Assembly: GCF_009914755.1 (NCBI RefSeq)
Contig: NC_060927.1
Direction: 5' to 3' (one strand)
DNA from: the human T2T-CHM13v2.0 reference genome, Homo sapiens
Length of the DNA stretch: 64,000 bases
Shown here in pieces: positions 25,691-40,177 of the stretch (within the stretch, counting starts at the first letter, position 1; each line of letters starts with the position of its first letter). A model generated the notes under the pieces. It saw only the letters and a program-made list of their open reading frames with translations. It did no database searches and was not told the DNA's origin. Position numbers and translations under genes: made by a program.

Positions 25691-27567
25691 CTGTATCTAT
25701 GTATGTGACCTAGAACTTGGAGTACTGACACAAAAGTTAAACAGAGAACTACAGTTAAAAGACTGTGCGGGCTCCTGCCACCCTTTTCTCATCCCATTTT
25801 CTCTCAAGTTATAATAAAGAAATGAGATTAGAAACAGGCAATATGCAAAATTCTAAACTGGTCAATATTTGATTGCAAAATCCAGCAGCAAAAATACAGA
25901 AATTATTTGAAATCTAGACTATTATCTGAAATCAATTTTTTAAAAAATTTCTCTGTTTACTCAATCTCTACTTTTCAACTTTTCTGTTCTTTCAATCATA
26001 TATTACTATCCTAATTTTTAGATTATTTATAAACAATGGCATATGATAAAATGACAGTGATATTACATGTGGGCAACCATTATAATGAGCTCTATCACCG
26101 CTTTTTGAGCATTTATTTGCATTTATATTTCCTTCAAAAATGCAAGGTCATATGAGAAACAATGGCAGCATTTGCCGAACTATGAACTATAATCTTGGGA
26201 GAGGAAGGTCTGTACAGTTTAAATTGCTAATGTTGACTTTTTTTTTCTTAACTTATAATACAGATGTTAATGTTGAGATACAGGTAAGTAATATTACATT
26301 TGCTTCCAAAGTAGTTTTGAAGATCAGCTGATAAATATAAATAGTAAATTATGTTTAGGAAACATATTAATCCAGTGAAAATAACAACTATTGTTATTGG
26401 ATTAATATGTTCCCTAGACCTAGTTGTTAACAGTTACTATAACAACTTTTATTAATGCTCTTAGAACTGTAGAATTTTATAAAGTTGCATAATGCTAAAG
26501 TGATTATTAAATATTCCTCTTCCTTTTTTTGATAGATGAACTATTTTCTGGCAGGTTCCTCCCCTAGCATTGCTCATGATTGTTGTTAATTTTAGCCTGG
26601 TGGCAATTAAGAATCCTGGTTTTTCACCATCTGCAGAAGAGTTATTCATTAGGTAGGACACCATGAGGAACAGATAAGTGTCTAAGGATAGATAATTGAA
26701 AGTCACTGCAATTCCCCTCAAATACGTTGCCCACCTGTCAGGCTCTTTGGCATAACAAAATTATTTTTCTGTCAAATTTTAGTTTTTCAATAGCTCAAGA
26801 GATTCTGAGAGAAGATCAACCTTTTTACTTGTAAAATTGTCTCAGAACATCAGAGCTTTCTGTTTCTCAGGGCAAATGATTAGTTTGCTAAATATAAATA
26901 AAAACCCAATTTGCCTGACACTTTGGAATATCTTAAAGTAAATATGCGAATTGGAAAATCTCCTTCACCAGAGTTGCATTTTAAATTAGGCCAAGCTTAA
27001 AAGAAAAATTAAAAAAAAAAAAACAAAAAAACAAGAGGCAGTGAACCTAAAGTCATTTTAATAAGTTCTTTTTGCTCTGGCCCTCCCCCTATTCATATCA
27101 ACCCTCTCTTTGCTTTCCTTTCTCCCCTTCAACCTTTCTCTTTTTGAAGTTCACAGCTTTGAAACACACTATTATTATCTTATCTCTTATCTTTCCTTTC
27201 CTGCAGCTTCTTTCTATTACCTTTTTCTTAGCTATCTAGAGGAAGGTGTGTTTGTCGGTGACCTCTGAGTGGTTTTTGACTTCAGGAATATACTTTTGTT
27301 TTCTTAGTCTGGTGATCCGGGGAAAAGGACTTGAAAACCTGGTAAATGAATATTGATAAACTTTGGGTTCATAGACATTTTTGTCTCTTTTGATATATGT
27401 GCCAGAATGTGTGTATATTATTCTCCTGTGATCTCTTATAACTGATAATGCTTTCCCACTCTTTCACTTAGAATTATGTGTAAAATAAAAAACACATAAA
27501 TAAAACCTTAAACTTCTATTTCAAAATTCCAGCCTAACATTTTATTCAAAAAAACTATATACAGTGT

Positions 27568-28680
<1,113 letters not shown>

Positions 28681-29328
28681 TTAATTTTTTTAAAGTCCAT
28701 AACATTGTTTAATAATTCTTCCTTTTTCAGCATTTCATGTGACTATTATTTTAATCACTTTCACATTAGAGATGTTTAACACAGTCTGTTACGCCATAGT
28801 TTTACATGGAAAGAAATCTCCAATCTTATAACAGCTGGCACTAGGAAAGGGAAACCATATTATAACTAGATTTCTTGAAGTGCATCTATTCCGTTAAGTG
28901 AAAATGAATGAACAAGTTTATTACAATGCACTAGGTATTTTAAAAATTATTAGTTAGGTTTTTTTCCCTTGGAATGATGAAATCAGTCAAATGACTGCTA
29001 GCTCCTCAATGCTGTACAGTAGAGAATGCAAATCAAAAGTATGGCTTTTATACATAAAAGTATAAGAGATGTAAAATCTAGAGAACAAGAGCATAATAGC
29101 ATATTCATAATAAGAATGCATATGTAAAGAATGTTTTACATTTTTACTGTTTATTTGGTGGGGGATATAAATGAAAGCTGTAATAGGGAAATTAAGTAAG
29201 TAATTCCCTGTCTAGTAACTTGTAACTTGTTCAAATTACAAAACGAGTTAGTTTAGTAATTTAAAAATTATATCCATGTTCTTTATCTCATTTGATCAAA
29301 AGGATTTATTGGGAACACAAGAGATACT

Positions 29329-30155
29329 TGTGGTATAAGGCCTAAAATAGAGATCCAGTATTATGTACTGTCTTGATACCTGGAGGACCTCAAAAGGCAA
29401 GTTCTGTTCTCCACGCTGCTCCTGCATAGATATAGGTACCTTAGCCAAGCAAACTTCCTTATCAAACAGATGAGGTAAATTTCTTGCTTATTACAAAGTA
29501 GCAGGTTCAGTTCCCTGCCAGCCCATGGAAACATTCTTCTCCAGGAACCGGGAAACATCTCACCCTCTTGATACTACAGTGCTGGCCTTTTTCAGCCTCT
29601 GGTTGTTCACCCTGTTTCTGAGTACAGCCCGTGTGTCCCTGCCTGCTGTGTGATCTCCTCCCCCAGGCTGGAAGTATATGACTAGTAAACTGCTGCCAAT
29701 ATCATCGGTCCAAGTTGGCTATCGTGTGTTCAGCCATTCCTATAACCTTAGGGTAGGAATCTTCCCACACTAATGGGTAAATAGGAGGTATTTGATATGG
29801 TTTGGCTGAGACCCCGCCCAAATCTTGAATTGTAGCTCCCATAATTCCCATGTGTCATGAGAGGGACCCAGTGAAAGGTAATTGAGCCATGGGGGCAGGC
29901 CTTTGCCATGCTGTTCTCATGATAGTGAGTAAGTCTCACTAGATCTGATGGTTTTACAAAGAGCAGCTCCCCTGTGCGCAGCTTTCTCACGTAAGACATG
30001 ACTTTGCTCCTCCTTTTCCTTCTGCCATGATTGTGAGGCCTCCCCAGCCACGTGGAACTGTGAGTTCATTAAACCTTTTTTTCTTTATCAATTACCCAGT
30101 CTCAGATATGTCTTCATTAGCAGCCTGAGAACAGACTAATACAGTATTTAAAACA
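29329..30155 (+). mobile_element. ERVL-class LTR (MER54-like) interrupted by THE1
   Basis: TG start, CCTAAAATAGAGATCCAGTATTATGTACTGTCTTGA and GTTCAGTTCCCTGCCAGCCC motifs. The terminal TAAAACA resumes after the THE1. Confidence 0.65.
29793..30143 (+). mobile_element. THE1 (THE1B/C-like) MaLR solo LTR
   Basis: TGATATGGTTTGGCT...GACTAATACA termini. Perfect 5-bp TSD GTATT at 29788-29792 and 30144-30148. Confidence 0.93.
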
Positions 30156-30159
30156 CAAA

Positions 30160-30460
30160 AACAGTTCTTGAAGAATGCAGGAATTAGCCAAAACAAAATA
30201 GTAAGCAGGCATCTAAACTGAAAAGAAATAAAAAAAAAAAAAAGAATGGAGGTAGGTAGACATTACTATGGTGTATTTGGGGAACAAGCCTGTTCCAGCT
30301 AGAGGAGAAAGCGTTTTTGAGAGATAATACATTTAAATGGAGATCATGAGCTATATCAATCATTCAAAGAAACTTGATTCAATATGGTTTAAAGTAATGA
30401 GCTTTTGCAAAACGAAGTGTTCTGATGGAAGTGGTATTTGAGGAAGATTAGAAGCCAGAA
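30160..30460 (-). mobile_element. L2 fragment
   Basis: Purine-rich degenerate L2-like sequence. Confidence 0.4.
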
Positions 30461-30619
30461 AGTCATAAATCTTAGCATTAGTAGAAATTATAGTCCAGTG
30501 TAGCTTTCAATGCTTGGGTCTCCTCTCCAGGATTTCTGCCAAGGGATCTTCAGTATCAGCTTAAGGTAGGTATGTACCCTGACTGCTTCTTGAGACAACC
30601 CATACCATCTTTGGTTACC

Positions 30620-31071
30620 TGTGGTGGTTAATACTGAGTGTCAACTTGATTGGATTAAATGATGGAAAGTATTGTTCCTGGGTGTGTCTGTGAGGGTGTT
30701 GCCAAAGGAGATTAACATTTAAGTCAGTGGGCTGGGAAAGGCAGACCCACCCTTAATGTGTGTGGGCACAATCTAATAAGCTGCCAGCATGGCCAGAATA
30801 AAAGCAGGCAGAAAAACGTGAAAAGACTAGACTGGCTTAGCCTCCAAGCCTACATCTTTCTCCTGTTCTGGATGCTTCCTACCCTTGATCATCAGACTCC
30901 AAGTTCTTCAGCTTTGGGACTTGGACTGGCTTTCTTGTTCCTCAGCTTACAGATGGCCTAGTGTGGGACCCCACCTTGTGATAGTGTGAATTAATATTCC
31001 TTAATAAACTCCCCTTTATATATACATCTATCCTATTAATTCTGTCCCTCTAGAGAATGCTGACTAATTCA
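30620..31071 (+). mobile_element. MLT2A1-like HERV-L solo LTR
   Basis: TGTGGTGGTTAATACTGAGTGTCAACTTGATTGGATT start, GGGAAAGGCAGACCCACCCTTAAT core, CTGTCCCTCTAGAGAATGCTGACTAATTCA end. Confidence 0.9.
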
Positions 31072-31089
31072 GCACCTCTACCTTGCAGA

Positions 31090-31626
31090 AAATTTTGACC
31101 CAATAATCCCATTACTGGGTATGTACCCAAAGGATTATAAAGCATTCTACTCTAAAGACACATGCACACGTATGTTTACTGCAGCACTATTCACAATAAC
31201 AAAGACTTGGAACCAACCAAATGCCCATCAATGATAGACTGGATAAAGAAATTGTGGCACATATACACCATGGAATACTATGCAGCCATAAGAAAGGATG
31301 AGTTTGTGTCCTTTGGAGAGACATGGATTTAGCTGGAAACCATCATTCTCAGCAAACTAACACAGGAACAGAAAACCAAACACCACATGTTCTCACTCAT
31401 AAGTGAGAGTTGAACAGTGAGAACACACAGACACAGGGAGGGGAACATCACACACTGGGGCCTGTCTGGTGGGTGGGGGGTTAGGGGAGTGATAGCATTA
31501 GGAAAAATACTTAATGTAGATGACAGGTTGATGGGTGCAGCAAACCACCATGGCACATGTATACCTATGTAACAAACCTGCACGTTCTGCACATGTATCC
31601 CATAACTTAAAGTAAAATAATAATAA
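31090..31626 (+). mobile_element. L1PA7-like 3' fragment
   Basis: ORF2 end plus 3'UTR (GATGACAGGTTGATGGGTGCAGCAAACCACC) and an AAT-rich tail. Confidence 0.9.
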
Positions 31627-33479
31627 TTTTAAAATGATGTTTGTACATGTTAGTTCTGTCATAACAATTGAAATCCAGAGACACATGTTTAAATATCTTC
31701 CTTCCCGTAGGATATTTTTAAAAGAAGTTGTTTCTGTACTGCAACTGAGACTGCAATTGGCCAACTAGATTGCCTAGTATCATTGAGCAGTAAGCTGCAA
31801 AGCAGATTTCAAACTCACTTTCTCAAATCAGATTCTTTCCACAACACTACTGCTGTCATTGACAAATAGAGGAAAGTTAAAATGTGTATCTATGTATTAT
31901 TTTACCCTTTGCAATTGAGAAATCATGATTTAAGTATATGATGTGAAGCTTTAAATAAAATGACTGTACATAGTGGCTCTTTTACATACTCATGTTCGGA
32001 TTTTTTTCTTGTTTTTAGAGCTGTTAGATTTTAACAACTTGAACATGTATACAATAATAAAAGTAAATAGCTGCTTTTTAAATGCAATTAAAGAAAGTTT
32101 TTTTCCTTTTTCTTTTGAAATAATTATTATGGAAAGTCCTCTGAAAAGATGGGTATTCTTAATCAAAGGGAATTTACTAGTAATAATTACTCCATAAAGT
32201 ACTCTGGTATTAGTTAAGTGCTCACATGGACTATGTGCATTCAAAAGTTTCCAAGTACTTTAGATTCCTGAACTATAGAAATTGATGCTTTATAATTGTT
32301 TTCTAATTAGAGATCAGTATAATTATATGAAGATACAGATAAAAATCAGGAGCTGTCACTGTAGCACATGAGAAGTGTTGGTGGTGATACATTTTGTGGG
32401 TTGTTTTTTGTTGGTTTTATTTTGGTATGAATAAACATAGAAATGGTCATAAATCAGGCTCCCCTGACATGTGAAAAGACATATACAGTTTTTGTTTTCA
32501 TTTGAAAAATTACTTTATAGGTTGAAGTGTCGAATATATTTTGGTATGTATTCAAGTGTAATTTATCTGTTTTCTTTCTGTCTATACTAGAATCATAAAG
32601 TTGAATATCACAGTAAAGTCTGCATTAGTTATTCAGGTGATATGATTTCTTTTTTATACAGAAATGCCCCAAAGCATTAAATCTTTTCTGTATTCATTCT
32701 GGTAACTAGAAAAAGAACTTTGTAGTGGTTGCTTGAAAATGAAAACTGCTGGGAACGGAGGGAGAGGAGATGTATGCACTTCTTTGTCCTTAGTCTCAGC
32801 TTGTGGGGCACACAATTCTACCATGAAGAATGAGTTCTGTGGGATTTTTGTGCCTTTATTATAGAAAATAGAAGTTTGAACTTGGGGATATTTCCCCCTT
32901 TTTTTATGACATTGTAATGTTCTGAACAGATAAATTCCAAACTCTAAGGAGCAATCTAAAACCTTTGAAACATAAAGACTGAAAGTAACAATAAGTTACA
33001 AACAAAAGGAGCTTTGTAAACTCGACAGTAGGAAGTCAGTTCATCACATTACCTTTCATATTTCTCTTCAAAGCAGGCAAACCTTCCAAGTCTGAGAATA
33101 TTGTTAATAAAATATAGCACCAATTCCCCTGACATTGTATTGAACTATACTTGCCTTCTGTTATTACCAAAAGACTTTTCAAGGAACCTCAAGCTCAGGT
33201 GCAATGTGCCCATAGTGGAGGGGGTTCAAGTGGGGGACCTGACATAAAGGGAAATATGTGGGAACTGAATGAAAGCTCTGAGCAAGGACAGAGGGAAGGG
33301 ATAAATAGTATCACAGCATTGGAAAGGAGGCTGCAATTAACAATTATCAATAACTTTAGAAATGACTAGAAAGTATCTTTGGCAATGCATCTGCATTCAA
33401 ACAATGCTTATGATCATGATGAAGATAAGGCTTATTGAAGTGGTTTGACTGGTGATGAATACCAGCAATGCAGCTAAAG

Positions 33480-34230
33480 CAGGAGAGGAGACCAGAGACA
33501 ACATCTACACGTGAAAGACTTTAACCTAATGTGTTAGGAATAGAAAGCATACATTTTTGAACTCCGAAATTTAACATAATCAGATTTACATTGAAAGTAT
33601 CACAGTAGTTTAGATTATAAGGCTGCAATAATAGGAGAGAGACGAGTCAGAAGGCTACTTCAATATTCATTTGAAGAATATGGTGGCATGAATTAGAGGG
33701 GTTGCTGTGGATGAAGTCAAGTAATCAGATTTAGGATAAATTTGAAGATATAGTGAACATGATTATCTGATGGATGGACATGGGATGTGAGAAAAAGAGA
33801 GGGGCCAATGTAATTTCAACGTTTTTGTCTATGCAGCTAGGTGAGTAAATGGAGGCATCTCATATGAAATTGGGAATCAATGAGAGAGGATTTGAGTTAG
33901 GAGGAAGAAAACTAAAATATTTTGTTTTAGATATGTAAAGTTTGAGATGTAAATTGGAAATCCAAGAGAAGATGTAAGCAGGTAGAAATATGAATATTGT
34001 ATTATTCAATAGGTAGAAACTAGAAAGAAAAATCTGAGTTTTATCAACAGAAAGATCTTTAGGATAATAAGACTGTATGATAGCAGCTAGAGAGTGAGTA
34101 TGGAGAGAGACAGAGTGAGAGAGAGAGAGAGAAACAGAGAGAGAGAGAGAGAAATGGAGAGAGAGAGTCTGTGCGTATATTGGGGGAGATGGTCTCAAGA
34201 CTAAGCCCTTAACATAGAAAACATTTATGT
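33480..34230 (-). mobile_element. L2 (L2a-like) fragment containing a (GA)n tract at ~34103-34167
   Basis: GGATGTGAGAAAAAGAGAGG and TTTGTTTTAGATATGTAAAGTTTGAGATG are typical antisense L2 motifs. Confidence 0.75.
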
Positions 34231-35074
34231 TAAAGACCTTCCCTATGAGTCAAAATCCTACCATAAAATCCTACCATAAAAAATCCTGCCACAACCATGA
34301 ACATTGTTAAATTTCCTTAGTACCAGGCTGATAATCCTACTGCTCCTATCTGCTAACCTTCAGTGGTACATTTTGTTTCCTTAACTAAAGCAAATTTTAC
34401 TCAGCAGTTAGTCCAAGGATTTTTTTTTTTCTGAAAAAAACAAAACCAAAAACAAACAGCTAGTTCTTGCTCAGGCAAAGCTTCATAAACCAAAGTTGAC
34501 TATTTGTGTCTACAGACTTGGTAAACTAAGTATGTGGCCTTCCTAAGACATAACCATGTTGAACCAATTCAACCAACTTTAGACCTTGAGGCATCTGATG
34601 TTTCTCCTAAACAGTGAAATGTTATAGGAGCTTCAGTAACATCCAGGGCCCTGTTTGACTTCAGAAACAATGAGCTGCTAAATATTATTTACTTGTTACC
34701 CACTCTGTATGAGAAGGTTGGGGAGAACGGGAAATGAAAAAACAATGTCTCTTCCACTACCTTGATGTGTACAGAAATAATGGATTTCATGTGAGTGGTT
34801 GACAGAATTACTTTCTTTTCAGCCTCTGAATAGCTTTACCTGTGTGCCCCATATTGAGAAGCCTTCTGCGAGCAATGTCAGTGATTGCACCTGCCCAGTG
34901 TGCTGTTAGGCCTTCAAAATCTACTTCCCAGAGGAAATGCTCTAGACATCTGATCATGAAAGATAAGAATATTTTGCTTCAAGGCTTTTGCCACTTTCCT
35001 ATTGTGAAGTATATTTTGTGGTCCTGCACTTCTGTGTTCCAGGAACTCCTAGGAAATTTTTCTGGTTTTCTAAT

Positions 35075-35220
35075 CCTATATCACAAAATGCCACAAAATC
35101 TAGCTACTTAAAAAACAACCATTTTATTAAATTCTGCACACTTGAGGTTCAGGAATTTGGGAAGGCTTTTCTAGGTGGTGCTTTTCTCCATATGGCATAA
35201 ATAGGTGTCATGGGGCTGGT
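35075..35220 (-). mobile_element. MLT1 LTR 3' fragment
   Basis: CACAAAATCTAGCTACTTAAAAAACAACCATTTTATT...GGTTCAGGAATTTGGGAAGG. Confidence 0.6.
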
Positions 35221-35284
35221 CTGAATAGTCACAGGTCACAGGTTGAGAGACACTGAACAAAGAGTGAGAGCTGATTTTAACGAT

Positions 35285-35897
35285 GAGGATTCTATACTTC
35301 AAGTTGATGTTATAATGGAATGAGACGTCTGAGAACCTTGAGAGGAGTTATTTCACATTTGGTAGGGAAATAAAAAATCGTTAGAGGCCAGAGGGTGAAC
35401 TTTGATAGTCATTTAATATCAGTTCCAATGATCCCTATCTCCTGGTATTCCTGCCTCTTTTCTAATAAGCAGAATATAGCAAAAGTTGCGGAATGTCATT
35501 TTCCACGATTAGGTTTTAAAAGACTTCTGTCTTGCTAGTAGGCTCTCTCTATTGCCTTCTCAGCATGTGTGTTTTTGCCTTGCTGGAGAAGCCCATGTGG
35601 CAATAAACCGAGGGCAGCCTGTGGCCAATAGCAAATAATTGAGGTCTTCAGTTCAATGACTTGTGAAGAACCGAATCCTGCCATTAACTGTGTGATATTG
35701 GAAGCAAATCTTTACCCAGTTGAGATTTGAGATGGCCAAAACCCAGCCAACAACTTGCTTGCAGCCTGCGAGACACCGTGAAGAAGAGGTCCAAGATAAA
35801 TTTGCCAGATTCTTGATGCGGAGGAACTACAAATAACAAATGTGTTTTTTAACTTAAGATTTGAGGTAATTTGTTACTCATCTAAAACTAATGAAGA
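35285..35897 (+). mobile_element. MLT1 internal 3' end plus MLT1F-like LTR
   Basis: Purine-rich GGCCAGAGGGTGAAC precedes an LTR containing CCAATGATCCCTATCTCCTGGTATTC, GAATCCTGCC and GGTAATTTGTTAC. Confidence 0.75.
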
Positions 35898-36051
35898 ACA
35901 ATTACTGTCTTTCATTTTTCTTTTCTCTGACTAGTGGTTTAATTTTTACTGTAGCTCGGCTTCTTCATAAGGTGGAGGTCATGGTCTTTAACTGCTTTAC
36001 ATCTTATAGCACATTCTTTCCCTAACTGACTAGAATAAGCATTTAAATAGG

Positions 36052-36374
36052 GATATGGATGAAGCTAGAAACCATCATTCTCAGCAAACTATCACAAGGA
36101 AAAAACCAAACACGGCATATTCTCACTTACAGGTGGGAATTGAACAATGAGAACACTTGGGACACAGGAAGGGGAACATCACACACCGGGGCCTGTTGTG
36201 GGGTGGGGGGAAGGGAGGAGGGATAGAATTAGGAGAAATACCTAATGTAAATGACGAGTTAATGGGTGCAACACACCATCATGGCACATGTATACATATG
36301 TAACAAACCTGAACGTTGTGCACATGTACCCTAGAATATAAAATATAATAAAAATAAATAAATACATAAATAAA
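36052..36374 (+). mobile_element. L1PA4/5-like 3' fragment
   Basis: L1 3'UTR with G-rich tract and (AAAT)n tail. Short TSD TAAATAGG at 36044-36051 and 36375-36382. Confidence 0.9.
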
Positions 36375-36382
36375 TAAATAGG

Positions 36383-36950
36383 TAAATCAAGTCACATCAT
36401 TGACCTTCTTAAACCCCTCACTTCCAATGGCTTCTCATTATACTTAGAATAACATACAAACTTTCCACAGATAAAGACCTTAGATGAGTTATTGCTTCTT
36501 TCAATCCCCCATACTTTATTTGGTTTACTGCCCTCCCCCACACAAACTCTCTCCTTATCACTTTCTGTCCACTCTTGTATTATTATTTTTTTTTTCTGAG
36601 CATGCACACTCAGCTATGTTCTGCTCCACTAGGCCACTTGAACTTCTACATCTTAGCTTCAGTTGTTCTTCTCTCTGGTCTTTGCTTCCCTGGATCTTTT
36701 CATCCTTTTAGTTATGCCAGAAACATTGCCTCCTTAAAGACCTGTTCCCACATTCAAGCTAGAGAAGAACCAAGTTTCATGACAACTTGTATACATTTGT
36801 CTGATTAATTTTCTACATAAAGTTTAATTGCTATGTCACATCATCTTAGCTGCACACAGAACTACTAATAATTTCCCTCCCATTAGACTATAAATTGCAT
36901 GAGACTGGGGCCTGATCTTCTGTATTTCATTGCTATAAATTCAGGATTTG
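36383..36950 (+). mobile_element. L2 fragment
   Basis: CTTCCAATGGCTTCTCATTATACTTAGAATAA and CCCATTAGACTATAAATTGCATGAG are L2 motifs. Confidence 0.7.
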
Positions 36951-37269
36951 TTAAACAAATAATGAGTTACCCATTAATTAATTATAAGTGATATTTACAT
37001 ACAATGTTATACAATGTTATATGTTATACTTACAACACAGAGGATTATTTCTTTTTTTGCAGACAAGGCTTTTTGAGAAACCAATATAAGATTGGTAGTG
37101 GCTTGGAATAGAGATTTGTTAAAGGGAATTTGATAGAATTATTTTCTTAAATATAACTTTCATGGAGCTTATAGGAATTGCATTTGTGTTGGATACAGTT
37201 TCTTTTGAATAATGCTAGGGATATACCAGCTGAATGTCATTTTGCAACTTGTGTCCAAGGAAGAGGATC

Positions 37270-37810
37270 ATAAGTTTACTTTTGGACAGTGAACACCAAA
37301 GGGCCTTGGAGACATCTACATGTATATCACAAATGAAGGTTAGATACTAGATTTCTCATACACGGAAGAGTGGTTTGGTATAATGTAACATCTTTCTATG
37401 TTTTATGTAGGGAATAAAACTGAAACCATGGAATGTATTGGGTCTCCTAAAGAGAGTATAGGGAAAGCAAAAATAGATTACGAATGAACTTTGATGCACT
37501 CCATTATGTAAAGTCCTGGGGATAGGAGAGTAGTCAACAAAGGAGATGGAAGAAAGGTCAGACATATTGGAGGCAAATCATAAGCAAATACTAAAGGAAA
37601 TAATATTTCCAGAAGAAGATAGCAGCAACATATATCCACAGTTAAGGTGTCAGATAAGGTAAGGATAAAATTTGTCCTTCATTTTAAAGGCATCAAGATC
37701 ATTAAAAACTTAACAGAAGAACTTTCTGTGAAATGGGAGGCTAAAGCCAAACTGCAGTGAGTTGAAGAGAGAACAGAAAAGTCAGAACTAAAATTGTAGA
37801 CCTGAAAAAA
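37270..37810 (-). mobile_element. L2 fragment
   Basis: AAAGCCAAACTGCAGTGAGTTGAAGAGAG and neighbouring antisense L2 motifs. Confidence 0.55.
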
Positions 37811-40177
37811 ATTGAAGAAAGCTGAGATCCATTTGGTGGTGATGACAATGTTATTGACATGATTCCTATGAGCCTTTTGCATCTCCTTTTCAGGAGAAGG
37901 AAAGTCTGGACATTTTGTCTAATCTCCATATGGTGAAAGCCAATTCAGCCTTTGATGTATATTTTCATCTGAATTATTTTCTTCGGTTGCATTTATTAGT
38001 CTTTGTTTCCCAACATCTGTTTCCTCTTCTTTATTCTTTAATAATAGGCCAAGAGTAAAGGAAATCATCCAGGAACTGACACTGAATTGAAATAAACCTG
38101 GAAGTGACATTCCACCTTCAGCTTTTACAACATCTATTGTGTCCCTCTGAAGAAGTAACTTAACTGTTTAATAAGCTGGTTTTACAAACTATCTAAGCAT
38201 TCTTCAATTCCCCGAATTCCACGTGACTATTTGAAGCCTACATTTTACTTACAGCTGTTGTGAGTAATTTGCATTTTTAGTTGTGAAATATGGGCATAGA
38301 TAAACAATTAACCAAACTTCTAGGGAGCTTTTTCATTTAATTATTAGAAGTCTACCCATTATTTTTCTTCAACAGAAAAATAATTAACATATGTTATATT
38401 TTCTACATAGATTTTAATGTTCTGCAAATAAGTTGAAGTTCTATCTAGGTAAACACCACAAGCATATAAAAATGATTAATTCAAATAAAACCAAAAAAGG
38501 TCATATTGCCTTTTATAATAAATATTATAAAGTTGTTATTGTATTTTAATGTATACAAGCCTCTCAGTTCCTATGTCCAGAATACTATAAAAGCTGCCAT
38601 TTTATTTTCCAGATACAAAAAAACCCATAATATTACCCTACATTGAGCTAGGGAATTTAGCCTTAATTATTAGTTTCATAACAAAATGATTTTTCCCTGT
38701 GAAATGTAGAGACAAAGAAAGACTTTTGTGAAAATACAGTTTGTTCTTTTTTTTTTGGCAAACTACAATCTGAATTTTCCATCAGCATTTCAAAATAAGT
38801 TTTTCAGTATGAGAGAAGAAAGACAATGCAGCCGCCCACTCTCCCTGATCCCTGCTGTGCTTCCCAAATGATGCTTTTGGCATTTGTACTTTGCTGTAGC
38901 AAAGAAATAAACTAAAACTAAAGTTCAAGCAAGGTCTAATTCTGTAATACTATCTGTAACTGTTAAGTGAGCAACATAAGGCTGAGACACATCTAAATTA
39001 ATCTTTTGGCACCTGTCTTATAATTTCTCCCCTAAACTCAGTGATCTTATGTAGATGGTATACTTTAGAATAGGTATTATTGTTAAATTTATGAACACAA
39101 ATACAAGTTCACACATATGAATTCTGAAGAAAATAAGATGCTTTAAAAAAAAAACAAAAAACAAGAAAACATACTAACCAAATAAATATGGATGACGTTA
39201 TCTCTATGGCAACCCTAAAAAATCATTTTTGGTATACTAGTGCTATAGCAGACTTGTTATAATTCAATAATTTATTATGAGAAAGGCAAAGTATACCTTT
39301 GGTGAATATTTACCCACGCTACCTAATTCTACCAACATAGCCTGAATAATTTTAATAACTTACTTACGACCACACAGTTTTCTTGGAGCAAGCACATCCA
39401 GGACTAGCTTCAAATCTGACTCTTCACTCATCACTATCATGTAACATATATCAATACTAATTGACCATCTGAATCCCATTTTTATTCCTCAGAATACAAA
39501 TGCCAGAACACCAGTCTCTTGCATTCTATTCAGTAGGCCTGGGGAGTGACAAAGTCATATCTGATTATGATACACAGACAATTTGGGAAAGAACTGTTTA
39601 ATATTCAAAACTTGTTTAATATGGTCACAATAGGTCACAAGATGTTAATCTTACTTGTTGAAATAGATTTTGTTTAGAATAGTTCTATCCAGACTGGGAT
39701 AGGTAGCATCCTTAAGGCATGTTATATATAGCATAGAATTCTCATTTCATCACTTGACAGCCAATATTTTCCTGTTCTTACAGCTTTTTCTCAGCACACA
39801 TATTGCTGCTAAGAATTCTGATTCTCATTAGAAAATATTAGTGTGTAATAAGATACATTTAATGTAAATATGTGTGTTTACCTTTTCCTGAGTACTAGTG
39901 TTTCCACTGAGTAAAGCATTTAACATGTCTTGCTGATCTTTTCCTAACAGCCCAAACTTTAGATGCCTAAGCCTCTTTTCATAGAAAGTAGAAGGTGAAA
40001 ATGTCCTTTTTGCTTTGCCTTTATTTGTCTCTATCAAACGACCCAATTCTAGTTGTGGTTCAGTGTTTAATAATCTCCTATATCCTGTGTAGGAAAATAG
40101 CAGGCATAAAGATACAGTGTTGGTTTTATGAAAGTATTAATATATTTTTACTACTAATAAACATATTTATATGAATA

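Noticed and set aside
34252-34292. Short tandem repeats (13-bp x3; similar small duplications near 1722, 2819, 3495, 41629) as a CRISPR-like or functional array
   Set aside because: No spacers and a eukaryotic context. Ordinary slippage duplications.
37679-38110. Two same-frame minus-strand ORFs separated by one stop (possible pseudogene)
   Set aside because: Peptide not recognised, the distal part runs into L2, and splice sites are unconvincing.
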